Positions 9,943-20,986 of a stretch of DNA of 64,000 bases are shown here, piece after piece. This DNA comes from Nitrospirota bacterium (lineage in GTDB: Bacteria; Nitrospirota; UBA9217), in assembly GCA_963741205.1 (NCBI GenBank), contig CAVUHW010000006.1:1-64000 (forward strand), given 5' to 3'. Every line of letters starts with the position of its first letter. Within the stretch, counting starts at the first letter, position 1. The position numbers were made by a program, and so were the translations under genes. The notes beneath the pieces were generated by a model. It had not been told where the DNA came from. It ran no database searches and saw only the letters and a program-made list of their open reading frames with translations.

Positions 9943-11310
9943 ATGAGGTCAATGATGGAACAAAAAGAAGGTTTCTACTGGGAACAGCACGCCGAGGCCG
10001 AAAAGGCCTGTCTCGACCTCCTCGCAGAGTGCAAGGGGAAAAACATCACCCTCGCCCGCTTCGAAGAGCGGCTCATCCGGCAGACCAGTTCCCGCCTGCT
10101 CGACTGGGTGGACCACTTCCATCTGCATGATTCGAAGCGGGTGAGGGAAAAACTCGTTGGTCTCGGGTTCATAAAGCAACCGGATATCAGGCATGAAGCC
10201 TTGTATCATCCGGGTGCGAACCTGCCGAGAATTGTTCTGGACGAAAATTCCGGACCGGAATCGGGCGTGGCCCTGCGGGTCGAGAGCATTGCCGATTTTC
10301 TTCAGGTGAACGGATTTCAGGCCGAGATCGAAGGCGAACCGTTCAATCCCTATCGTCGCGCTCTTGTGGGTGAAGAAAACAAGGTTGCTTTTTGGGCCGT
10401 CGAAAGGAGAGGGAGCGGAGGTTACGAGCCGGTCTGTCTGCAGAATGCGTATCTGCGTACCTATCTGGAGTGTTTGGAGGAATGGAAGAACAGGCCCAGG
10501 TCAGGCGAAGATGAGGACCGGATCTTTGAGGATACCTTCCAGATCGCGGACCGACTGGTAACAAAACTGGGACAGCATCTTGCCGCCCACGTCGTCTGTG
10601 AGGCCGAGCGAACGTATTGGCTGTCCCGCAACTTCGCCGGCAGGGTGCAGCTGACTCGCCATGACACCCTCGGTTTGGGATTGGAAAACCACGACCACCA
10701 TACCTTCCGCAGTTCCCGGAAAAATTTCTCAAGGCTCGTGTCTCTCTTCTCACGGCTTGGTTTTGTAAGCCGCGAGCGCTTCTACGCAGGCGCAGAGGCA
10801 GGCTGGGGCGCCCAGGTCATGGAAAATCCCGCGGCAGGCCTGACTCTCTTTCTGGATGTGGACCTGGCGCCGGAGGAAGTAGAGACGGACTTTTCCCGTA
10901 CGGAGCTTAAAGAAAGAGAGCAGCTCGGCACCGTGGGCCTCTGGTGCGCCTTGCACGGCGATTCCATCCTCCAGGCCGGGATGCACCATCTCGCTGCTCA
11001 GTTCGATTTCGAACGCCTCATCGCGGACATAGCCCAATACAACGTCAAGTACATGGCCCCCTTCAGTAATTTCCCGTATCTCAAGCAGGCCTTCAGCGTT
11101 GCCGAGAAATGGGAGGTCGATCCAAAGCGGGTGGAGAAGCTGGTAAAAGAGAAGACCATCACAAACGCACAAGGGGAGCAATTCCTTTCCCAGGGCGCGG
11201 TCGGCAGCCACCTGGAAAACATCCAGCGCAGGGAAGGTTACAAGGGTTTCAACAGGAAAAACGTGAGCGCCATCATCCGCGAGACCGACCCGAGAAAACA
11301 CCTGGTTTAG
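9943..11310 (+). CDS. Putative divergent DUF1338/HglS-like Fe(II)-dependent 2-oxoadipate dioxygenase/decarboxylase (VOC fold) with N-terminal extension
   Basis: Ordered motifs DHHTFR ... WCALHG..MHHL ... LKQAFS ... HLENIQR..YKGFN..NVSAIIRET parallel the DUF1338 pattern DHxAFR ... W...G...NHFT ... LxQSST ... EFAxR..GF..NA..IFEST; lies downstream of lat and a D-2-hydroxyacid dehydrogenase. Confidence 0.65.
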   Translation: MRSMMEQKEGFYWEQHAEAEKACLDLLAECKGKNITLARFEERLIRQTSSRLLDWVDHFHLHDSKRVREKLVGLGFIKQPDIRHEALYHPGANLPRIVLDENSGPESGVALRVESIADFLQVNGFQAEIEGEPFNPYRRALVGEENKVAFWAVERRGSGGYEPVCLQNAYLRTYLECLEEWKNRPRSGEDEDRIFEDTFQIADRLVTKLGQHLAAHVVCEAERTYWLSRNFAGRVQLTRHDTLGLGLENHDHHTFRSSRKNFSRLVSLFSRLGFVSRERFYAGAEAGWGAQVMENPAAGLTLFLDVDLAPEEVETDFSRTELKEREQLGTVGLWCALHGDSILQAGMHHLAAQFDFERLIADIAQYNVKYMAPFSNFPYLKQAFSVAEKWEVDPKRVEKLVKEKTITNAQGEQFLSQGAVGSHLENIQRREGYKGFNRKNVSAIIRETDPRKHLV

Positions 11311-11539
11311 AAGGCATTCCGCAAACTTCTTTTGAGCTGAATCAAGAAGAGCGCAGTTGGGGTGGCGCCTTGACCACGCATCATCGTAGCCCTTTTCCGC
11401 TTTACATCCTTTCCGGCTTATAATATCATTGCTCAATAGTAAAACAAAGGACGTGACTGTATGGTTAAACGACAAAGGCACCCCGCAGGGCGGAGTAGCC
11501 TCTCCGAAACTGATTCTGTAATGAAGAGTTCATCTTACC

Positions 11540-11671
11540 GAGTCTGTATTTAAACTCCCTTTATTCGTCATGCCGGACTTGATCCGGCATCCAGAGACTT
11601 ATGAAAAGACTGGATTCCTGCCTTCGCAGGAATGACGATCTTAAGTGAAACGGCAACTAAAATACAGACTC
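11540..11671. mobile_element. MITE-like element with 12-bp terminal IRs enclosing a REP doublet
   Basis: GAGTCTGTATTT (11540-11551) / AAATACAGACTC (11660-11671); internal GTCATGCCGGACTTGATCCGGCATCC...GGATTCCTGCCTTCGCAGGAATGAC (11565-11638). Confidence 0.7.
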
Positions 11672-11764
11672 TACTTAATGGCGGCGGGGCAAATGCTCCG
11701 CCTTTTTTATTGACACACCGCCGTCAATAAGTGTACAAAGGAGCCTATTATTTTTCAGGAGGTC

Positions 11765-13462
<1,698 letters not shown>

Positions 13463-13910
13463 TTCGAATACGGATTCCGGAAGTGAAAAGCGATACACCC
13501 AAATGGAGCATGTAACCGCAGAGGAGATTCAAGAAGCATACGCAGCTGCCTTTTCTAGAATAAAATCAGCCACGAATTTTAGCGACCGACGGAACCGACG
13601 ATAATGTTACGGGGACGCGGGTTCATGTTGCCGGAATCGGGCTGAATGGAGTGGACTCGAAACGAAATGCTGACAGAAGGATTTTCAAGGCGGTTGAGCG
13701 TGGAAGACCCCGAGGTTACCTTTTCATCGTAAAATCATGCTCAATCAAGAAGCTGTTTTATGTGGCTCAATAATTATTCACTTGCCGGCATTCTCCACGA
13801 GCGTATAGTATTGTGCTATATTCGTACTTATGTGATTTTTCCCGTGTATACGAAAAGCGATTTTTTCGCTGTCTCTAAAACAACTGCAAAAAAATGCGAA
13901 ATAAAAAGGA

Positions 13911-14755
13911 GTGAATATGCAAATGGTTTGTTTCCGTCGTAGAATTTCATATTTGACCGGCAAGGGTAGTATTATTCAGTTCCCCGCGCTCTTGCCTCGC
14001 TTGGCAGCGCTCATTGCGGCAATTTTGTGTGTCATGGGTATCGGCATCGGCAAGACCTGGGCCGGGCCGCCTTTTGTTACCGACGACCCGGAGCCCGTGG
14101 ATTACAAGCATGGAGAGTTTTACGTCGCCACACAGTATGCGAAGGACAAGGACGTGACGTCCGGCACCGCCCCTCATTTTGAGCTTAACTATGGAGTCGT
14201 ACCCAATGTCATGCTCCATCTGATCACGCCGTTTGAATACGTCAAGCCGGAGGGGGGGGCCACGCAGCGCGGCTACGGCGACACGGAGGTGGGGATCAAG
14301 TATCGTTTCATAAACGATGAGGATGCTCATTTCATGGTGGGGACTTTTCCCATCGTACCTTTCCTACAGGCGACAGCGATAAGGGTTTAGGCGCGGGACA
14401 CACGAGGTTTTTTATTCCTCTCTGGCTGCAGAAGGCCTGGGGCCCCTGGCAAACCTACGGAGGCGGCGGTTACTGGCGAAATCCCGGTGAAGGCAACAAG
14501 GACTATTGGTTTTTCGGCTGGCAAGTGCAGCGTGCAATGTCCGAGTTGCTGACGATCGGCGCGGAATTATTTACCCAGACCAAGGATGCGGAGGACGCAA
14601 AATCCCGTCTCGGTTACAATGTGGGGGCTATTGTGAATGTCACCGACGCTCACCACGTGCTTTTCTCCGTCGGTAGCGACATCCATGGCGATAACCGGGT
14701 CTCGGCTTACCTTGCGTATCAATACACCTTTGGCCCCCATGAGGAGAAAAAATAG
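13911..14755 (+). CDS. Outer-membrane beta-barrel 'transporter' (MetA-pathway/phenol-degradation-like family); frameshift near 14360
   Basis: Signal-peptide-like segment then AGPPFVTDDPEPV, GYGDTEVGIKYRF, (P)TGDSDKGLGAG, PLWLQKAWGPWQTYGGGGYW, terminal AYLAYQYTF. Confidence 0.7.
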
Positions 14756-14862
14756 ACGCTGCAACGGACAAGGAGGTGACGGTGGAACAAGTTGAAGTCG
14801 TTCGGTTTTGCAGTGAAGCGCGGGACAGTCGAACTTAAAATCAGTTTTGAAAGGAGCACGCT

Positions 14863-15384
14863 ATGCTAAGAAAAGTCGTCATGATTATTGCTATGACAGG
14901 AGCGTTGTCGTTTATCGGCATGAATGCCGTCCTGGCGGTTGAAGCCGAAATGCCGAAGCAGGATGATTTGCAAAAGCAGATTGATGCGGTCAAGAATGCA
15001 ATTCCGAAATTCGCCGTACCGATGCGTGAAGTCGGCGACCGTTTCCAGGATATGTTTTCCGCAGCCCAGGGCGGTAATTGGGGTTTCGCAGCGAATATGT
15101 CAAAGTATATGAATTCAGCTATGAACCCGGCAAAGTTGACGAAACCGGCTGAATACCCTGCATGGGAAAATTTTTATAAAAATACCTTCGATCCTGTGAA
15201 CAAGGCGATCATGGCTCAGGATTTTAAGGCCTTCGAAAAGGAATACAATGCGGTCATTCCGAGCTGCAACAGTTGCCATGCCGGCTTGGGCTACGGATTC
15301 ATTAAAGTGGTCAGGCAGAAACAGGCATCCGACGTGGGCATAGATTACTCGGTGAAATCGAAGGCGACAGACGTTCCGAAGTAG
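14863..15384 (+). CDS. Periplasmic monohaem c-type cytochrome (C-terminal CxxCH, helical-bundle type)
   Basis: RBS AAGGAG; signal peptide; single CNSCH motif near the C-terminus. Confidence 0.75.
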   Translation: MLRKVVMIIAMTGALSFIGMNAVLAVEAEMPKQDDLQKQIDAVKNAIPKFAVPMREVGDRFQDMFSAAQGGNWGFAANMSKYMNSAMNPAKLTKPAEYPAWENFYKNTFDPVNKAIMAQDFKAFEKEYNAVIPSCNSCHAGLGYGFIKVVRQKQASDVGIDYSVKSKATDVPK

Positions 15385-15502
15385 CGCTGGCACACTTGAA
15401 CTTACAAGAAGGCCGCTTATCAGGTCTGTTCCCGGTGCGCGGCCTTTTGTAGACGCGAGTTCTCAGAATGAGTATTCTGGGAATCGTTCAAATCATTACA
15501 CT

Positions 15503-15544
15503 TTTCCAGGTGGGTCAGCGCGCCCACCTGGAATTTCTTTTTTT
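15503..15544 (+). terminator. Rho-independent terminator (a second hairpin lies at 15405-15450)
   Basis: TTCCAGGTGGG...CCCACCTGGAA followed by a long T run. Confidence 0.7.
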
Positions 15545-15583
15545 ATTACAACAGCATCGTGCCGGCTCACGCTTTGTCTAAAA

Positions 15584-15786
15584 GCGATTTTCGACATTTT
15601 ACTGTGGGCCGCTTGCGACAAGATATTTTCATCTAAATAATCACAAGGTTCGCGCACCCCGAAACAAGCAGATTTACATCATTGTCGAAAATCGCGACTA
15701 TGAGCTTCCGTCCCTGCCCGCAGAATGGGCGCTTCATCTCTCCTCTTCCATTTTCGAAAGCCCTTTGTCGCAATCGGCCTACCAGT
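15584..15786. repeat. Two interleaved long-range inverted-repeat pairs
   Basis: GCGATTTTCGACA (15584-15596)/TGTCGAAAATCGC (15683-15695) perfect; GGCCGCTTGCGACAA (15607-15621)/TTGTCGCAATCGGCC (15765-15779) 14/15. Confidence 0.6.
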
Positions 15787-16410
15787 GCAAACTCATCAGT
15801 GCTCAGACGGACGGTGGAATTTATATTTCAGCAGCGCAAATGAAACCAAATTAGGCTCTCGGGATTTGAATTACGCGTAGTGATCAAATCTCCTCAAGTT
15901 TCTCATCTCTACGCCGACAATCCAATACTCCAGATACGTGCCCCCGACGATTTCCTGGTTCTTGGGATTGGGCGGGTGTCATGCTCAGGCTTACGCATTA
16001 GCACCAAATCCATTAAGTAAATCGACTTGCTTCGGTGATATGACTCTTCGAATCTGGAAATGAGCATTTTTTGGGTAGACATTGCTGAATTCAGGTTGAT
16101 ACGTTATGATTGCAAAGAATGGCTATCTCAACAGCTCCAGAATGGATTCGATGATTTTCTCCACATCTTGAAATTGCAGTATCGCAGGTAAAGGTCGTAC
16201 ACTTCAAATATTGCAACCGTCGTTTGCTTCAGGAAGGACAAGACGCTTAATGCACTGCCGTCACCGAGGCCGAAACAGTGTGCCGACAGAGAAAGACACT
16301 CCTCGCAACAACGATGCTATAATGATATTACCGACGCGCTAACGTCAATGCAGCCCAGCGCGCTGGACTTATATTGCTGCGTAGATAAAAAGCGCCTTTA
16401 TGGGAATGTT

Positions 16411-17553
16411 ATGTCGATACCTGCGATTCTCGGAATCGGACTCATTATAATTGTCTTGCTGGACGCATTCGAGACGGTGGTGTTTCCGCGCCGGGTTACC
16501 CGTCGCATCCGTCTGGTTCGTCTCTTCTACCGGACCACCTGGTGGCTCTATACGGGAATGGTACAAACCCTTTCCAGTAAGAAACGTCAGGAAACGTATT
16601 TGAGTTACTATGGTCCGCTTTCGCTCCCCATACTCTTGGCCTTTTGGGCCGGCGTCCTGATCATAGGCTTCTCACTTCTCTATTGGTCGTCGGGCGATTC
16701 CATCAAAGAAGCGGGGGGTATCGCAGACTTCGCGTCATGCTTGTATTTCAGCGGGACAACGTTTTTTACGCTGGGACTCGGTGACATCGTTCCAAGAACG
16801 ACTGCTTCGAGAACGCTCGTCGTTCTCGAAGCAGGCATGGGTTTTGGCTTCCTCGCCATCATTATCAGTTATCTCCCTGCGCTCAATCAGTCTTTTTCCA
16901 GGAGGGAGGTTTCCATTTCACTTCTGGATGCACGCGCAGGATCTCCGCCGACGGCAGCGGAAATATTGCAGCGGCATAGTGAAGATCATGTCATGGCGGC
17001 AATGACGCAACTTCTCCACGAATGGGAGCTGTGGTCCGCGGAACTGCTCGAAAGCCATCTGTCCTTTCCTGTACTGCTCTACTTCCGATCTCAACACGAC
17101 AACCAGTCCTGGCTTGCAGCGCTTACCGCCATCCTCGATACCTGCGTCTATGTCATTACACATACAAAAGGGGTGGCTGTCGTCCGCCAGGCCCAACTGA
17201 CCTTTGCTATGGCTCGCCACGCGGTCGTGGATCTCGCCCTCGTTTTGCACACACCGCCCGAGCCTCCGCCCCATAATCGGCTATCAAATGAGGACGCTAA
17301 CGCACTGAGCGTGCTTTTGAATTCCTCGGAAATGTATCCCAAGACTGGAACGAACCCAGAAGATCGGCTGGCGGAACTCCGTAAAACCTATGAGCCTTAT
17401 GTCTATGCGCTTTCCCTGCGGCTACGACTATCCCTGCCACCCTGGATCGCCACGTCGAGTAAGCCCGACAACTGGCAAATCAGCGAATGGGGGGAAAGTA
17501 GTGGATTCAGACGAACTCGACGGCCAGGACGGGACGACAGTAAACACTTCTAA
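16411..17553 (+). CDS. Potassium-channel-family (Ion_trans_2) protein with C-terminal cytoplasmic domain
   Basis: TM helices around the pore motif LYFSGTTFFTLGLGD; WSAELLESHLSFPVLLYFRSQH family motif. Confidence 0.8.
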   Translation: MSIPAILGIGLIIIVLLDAFETVVFPRRVTRRIRLVRLFYRTTWWLYTGMVQTLSSKKRQETYLSYYGPLSLPILLAFWAGVLIIGFSLLYWSSGDSIKEAGGIADFASCLYFSGTTFFTLGLGDIVPRTTASRTLVVLEAGMGFGFLAIIISYLPALNQSFSRREVSISLLDARAGSPPTAAEILQRHSEDHVMAAMTQLLHEWELWSAELLESHLSFPVLLYFRSQHDNQSWLAALTAILDTCVYVITHTKGVAVVRQAQLTFAMARHAVVDLALVLHTPPEPPPHNRLSNEDANALSVLLNSSEMYPKTGTNPEDRLAELRKTYEPYVYALSLRLRLSLPPWIATSSKPDNWQISEWGESSGFRRTRRPGRDDSKHF

Positions 17554-17685
17554 CGAACGGGTTCGGGTACCCATTGCAGAGAATGCCTTTGATATGGATG
17601 CTGCTACGTTTGTTGATATCGCTGAAGTCGTAATAGCGGCGGGAATAGCTGTTTATCGACAGAATGTATCTAAAATATAATAATA

Positions 17686-17716
17686 AATGGCAGCCGTCAT
17701 CAAACCGGCTGCCATT
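17686..17716. terminator. Hairpin between convergent genes
   Basis: AATGGCAGCCG...CGGCTGCCATT. Confidence 0.55.
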
Positions 17717-17761
17717 CCTGTTTATTAATGAAACGGGACTCCGCCTTAAATAACACCTGAT

Positions 17762-19636
17762 TTACTGAATCGTTCCGTTTGACGCAGCCAGCTTATTGAT
17801 GAGTGCCTGCATGTCCGTGGCTGAAAGATTTGATTTGTTCGCCGTTGACCCCATGAACTGCGTCATTGCGGTTGCCAGGCCGCTTGTTCCCGCCGTAGCC
17901 TGCATCATGGTGCCACCGCCGCCCATCATGCCGCCGCCCATCATACCGCCCATTGCTATCTGGGTGCTTCCCATCATGCCGTTCATGATTCCATCCGATG
18001 CATCACTGATCATGTCGGTTATCATTCCTGATGAGTTAGTCATCCCGATGTTCTTCGCGTACTGAGACATCGCTGCTATCGTAATCCCGTAATTCCTCAT
18101 ATCTTGAGTTGCACCAGTTCCCGATCCCAACACCAGCGGGTTCATCGGCTGAGTACGGAGGATATCGGACACCATGAAGTAATTTCCTACTGCGGTGTTC
18201 GATGCGGTTATATTTGCATCCGTCATGCCGCCCGCCATATTATGCGCCAATGCCTGGGCCATGGATGTGAGAGGGGTTATTTGAATCCCGGTTATCGTAG
18301 CGCCGGTCGATATCGAGGGGATAATGGCGGTCATTACGTTCACGGCAGGCATGAGCATCGCCGTGCCTGTCGCTAAATCCGTATACGTTCCGCCATTCAT
18401 CTGAAGCATAACGGGGCCGGAGTAGTTGCCAAGGGACATGGTAAAGTTGCCCTTAGTATCCGTCACTCCGCTTGCGAGCTGCGCGCCCATCATTCCATTA
18501 TTGGTTGCAAATGCCATTACCGTTCCACCTGCCATAAGTCCATTAAATGCTGTTCCGCTGATCAACCCACTCATCATCGTTCCGACGGTTCCTGTTCCGC
18601 CAGTAACTACTCCGCCAGTCCCAGTACCGCCAGTTACAACGCCGCTGGTTACTGTTCCGCCAGTCACAATTCCACCAGTTCCCAGGGACTGTCCGCTTAA
18701 TGAGCTTAGGTGGTTCATAAGTGCCTGCATGTCCGAAAGCGTAAGGCCTGACCGGTTCATGGCCGATCCCATGAATTGCGTCATCGCAGTTGCCAATCCG
18801 GTGGTTCCGGCGGTAGACTGCATCATGGTTGAGCCGCCCATCATACCACCGCCCATTGCGATCTGGGTGGTTCCCATCATGCCGTTCAAAATTCCATCCG
18901 ACGCGTCATTCATCATCGAGGTAACAATACCGGACGAGGACGTCATCCCGATGTTCTTTGCGTACTCCGTCATGGCGGCTATTGCCATCCCATAGTTCCT
19001 CATATCCTGGGTCGCCCCCGTTCCGGAACCCGGGACCAGCGGGTTCATAGGCTGAGTATGGAGAATATCAGACACCATAAAGTAATTTCCTATGGCGGTG
19101 TTCGCTGCGGTGATATTTGCGTCGCTCATGCCGCCCGCCATATTATGCGCCATTGCCTGGGCCATGGAAGTAAGAGGGGTTATTTGAATCCCGGTAACCG
19201 TCGCACCGCTCGATAACGATGTCATAACGGCGGTCATCACATCGCCGGGCGCCATGGCCACCGTGGCTCCGGTCGCCTCATCCACGTATGTTCCGCCGCT
19301 CATCTGCAGCATAATTGGGCCTGTGTAATCGCCGATTGAGATATTATAATTTCCCTGACTGTCCGTTGTTCCACTGGCCAGTTGCATGCCCATGGTCCCG
19401 TTAGTGATGGCAAATGCTGTTACTGTCCCTCCGCTAATTGGTCCCTTGACGGCCGTACCACTGATCATTCCGTTTGCGCCTGTTGCTCCGCTATTTCCTC
19501 CCGGAGTTGTTATGCTTCCTCCAGGCGTTGTTATGCTGTTGTTGCTGCCTCCTCCGCCGCAGCCAAAAAGAATCGACATCGAGCCGATTACGAAAGTTAG
19601 AGCCAGCATTACCTTGAGTTTCTTGTGCTTTCGCAT
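17762..19636 (-). CDS. Methionine-rich lipoprotein with two tandem ~260-aa domains
   Basis: RBS GGAGGA; lipobox ILFG/C followed by a Gly linker; two copies of ISGTAxxG...TDxxGN...ITPLTSMAQA...QPMNPLV...DASDG..NGMMG...ATAMTQFMGS; about 70 Met by hand count. Confidence 0.85.
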   Translation of the reverse strand: MRKHKKLKVMLALTFVIGSMSILFGCGGGGSNNSITTPGGSITTPGGNSGATGANGMISGTAVKGPISGGTVTAFAITNGTMGMQLASGTTDSQGNYNISIGDYTGPIMLQMSGGTYVDEATGATVAMAPGDVMTAVMTSLSSGATVTGIQITPLTSMAQAMAHNMAGGMSDANITAANTAIGNYFMVSDILHTQPMNPLVPGSGTGATQDMRNYGMAIAAMTEYAKNIGMTSSSGIVTSMMNDASDGILNGMMGTTQIAMGGGMMGGSTMMQSTAGTTGLATAMTQFMGSAMNRSGLTLSDMQALMNHLSSLSGQSLGTGGIVTGGTVTSGVVTGGTGTGGVVTGGTGTVGTMMSGLISGTAFNGLMAGGTVMAFATNNGMMGAQLASGVTDTKGNFTMSLGNYSGPVMLQMNGGTYTDLATGTAMLMPAVNVMTAIIPSISTGATITGIQITPLTSMAQALAHNMAGGMTDANITASNTAVGNYFMVSDILRTQPMNPLVLGSGTGATQDMRNYGITIAAMSQYAKNIGMTNSSGMITDMISDASDGIMNGMMGSTQIAMGGMMGGGMMGGGGTMMQATAGTSGLATAMTQFMGSTANKSNLSATDMQALINKLAASNGTIQ

Positions 19637-19732
19637 TAATACATCCTCCATAAATTAAACTAAATTTTACCGCAATTGTGAACTAGACAAACCATGTCCG
19701 CGTTAGTCTGCTCTCTATCTCGGTCATTTAAT

Positions 19733-19749
19733 AGCAATTCAAATGCCAG
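19733..19749 (-). promoter_or_regulatory. sigma54 (-24/-12) promoter
   Basis: Minus strand CTGGCATTTGAATTGCT = GG-N10-GC, about 100 bp upstream of the lipoprotein start. Confidence 0.75.
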
Positions 19750-20341
19750 AATCACAATTTCAGGGTCACCTTACTGATATCTTGAGGTATTTATTAAATC
19801 AGGTTGTTTATCTTCATAGGAGAACTAACCCTATTGTATGGATTTAGGTGAAGTGATAACCCTGATGTGGCGATAAGCCCATTTATACATAATCTATGAT
19901 GGGCTGTAACTGTTGCAAATATCAGCGGTATTGGATTCATAATCCTACCGGATCCCGCCGGAAAAGGACTACTCAGAAATTTCAATGGCCGATCTCGGGT
20001 CGTTGCCTGGCGCACGACAAGAAGTGGGGAAAAAATGAGAGGATACTGGGGGTAAAAGGCGAAAATCTTACTCGTGCGATAAGCACCATTCGGCCGTCAT
20101 CATCAGGTATTGCCGGCGGCGAAAATGTTGCACAATTCTGGTAGATAATTTATGAGTTTCAGTGATTAGTAACTTCAACTGCTTCAGGATGATTCTTCAC
20201 GAGGGTTTCACTTTTCGGAATTTGCGGAATCGCAGTTGGATTCTACATGTCTTATTTTTTACAGCGGCCGTGGGCTACAGCACGACTCACACGCTGAATG
20301 TTACGATCGGGAATGGTACCATTTACGGGGGGGCCAAACCG

Positions 20342-20378
20342 AAAAGGGCCTTCTAACCCGAGGTCAGAAGGCCCTTTT
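20342..20378 (-). terminator. Terminator downstream of HU gene
   Basis: AAAAGGGCCTTCT...AGAAGGCCCTTTT. Confidence 0.8.
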
Positions 20379-20406
20379 GCCGATGATTGCTCACAGGTGA
20401 TATCTG

Positions 20407-20694
20407 TTATTTCTTCCCTAGGATCGCATCCTTTGCGGCTTTGGCAACCCTAAATTTGACAACCTTCTTCGCGGGAATTTTGATGGCCTCGCCGGTCTGG
20501 GGGTTCCTGCCCATACGGGCCTTGCGCTGAACGAGTACGAGCTTTCCGATGCCAGGAAGTGTAAAAGAGTTCTTTGCTTCCTTGTAGGCTGTTTCGGCGA
20601 TGTGAAGAAGTATGTCCATCGCTGCTTTCTTGGTGATTCCGGCTTTCTCAGAAACGCGTGTTACCAATTGCGCCTTGGTCATTGCTTTTGCCAT
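20407..20694 (-). CDS. hup: HU-family DNA-binding protein
   Basis: MTKAQL...FTLPGIGKLVLVQRKARMGRNPQTGEAIKIPAKKVVKFRVAKAAKD. Confidence 0.93.
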   Translation of the reverse strand: MAKAMTKAQLVTRVSEKAGITKKAAMDILLHIAETAYKEAKNSFTLPGIGKLVLVQRKARMGRNPQTGEAIKIPAKKVVKFRVAKAAKDAILGKK

Positions 20695-20986
20695 TTGAAC
20701 CTCCTTTTTGATCGGGTTGAATGTGTTTCATAGAGGGGCGAGCAAGAGTATGTCAGAGTAGAGAATTTTAGTCAAGGGATATTGCGACTCTGATTCTGTT
20801 CCAATAAATCAGCAATTCTGAGAGAAGCCTGTAATTTCCAGAAAGTGTAATTCATGTGAAGTACAGCACGGTATTCAGGGAGTTTCATTTTTGAAGAATC
20901 ACGACATATATCTACAAGCATGGATCAGCGTTGATAAATTTTCTATGCAGAAGAATACATCTTCAACAATTACCCGGAACCGTCTT

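Noticed and set aside
13500-13610. 33-aa ORF MEHVTAEEIQEAYAAAF...
   Set aside because: No RBS and no recognisable family; at best a fragment
17545-17600. Integron attC site after the channel gene (TCTAAC)
   Set aside because: No matching downstream GTTRRRY hairpin, no cassette array and no integrase
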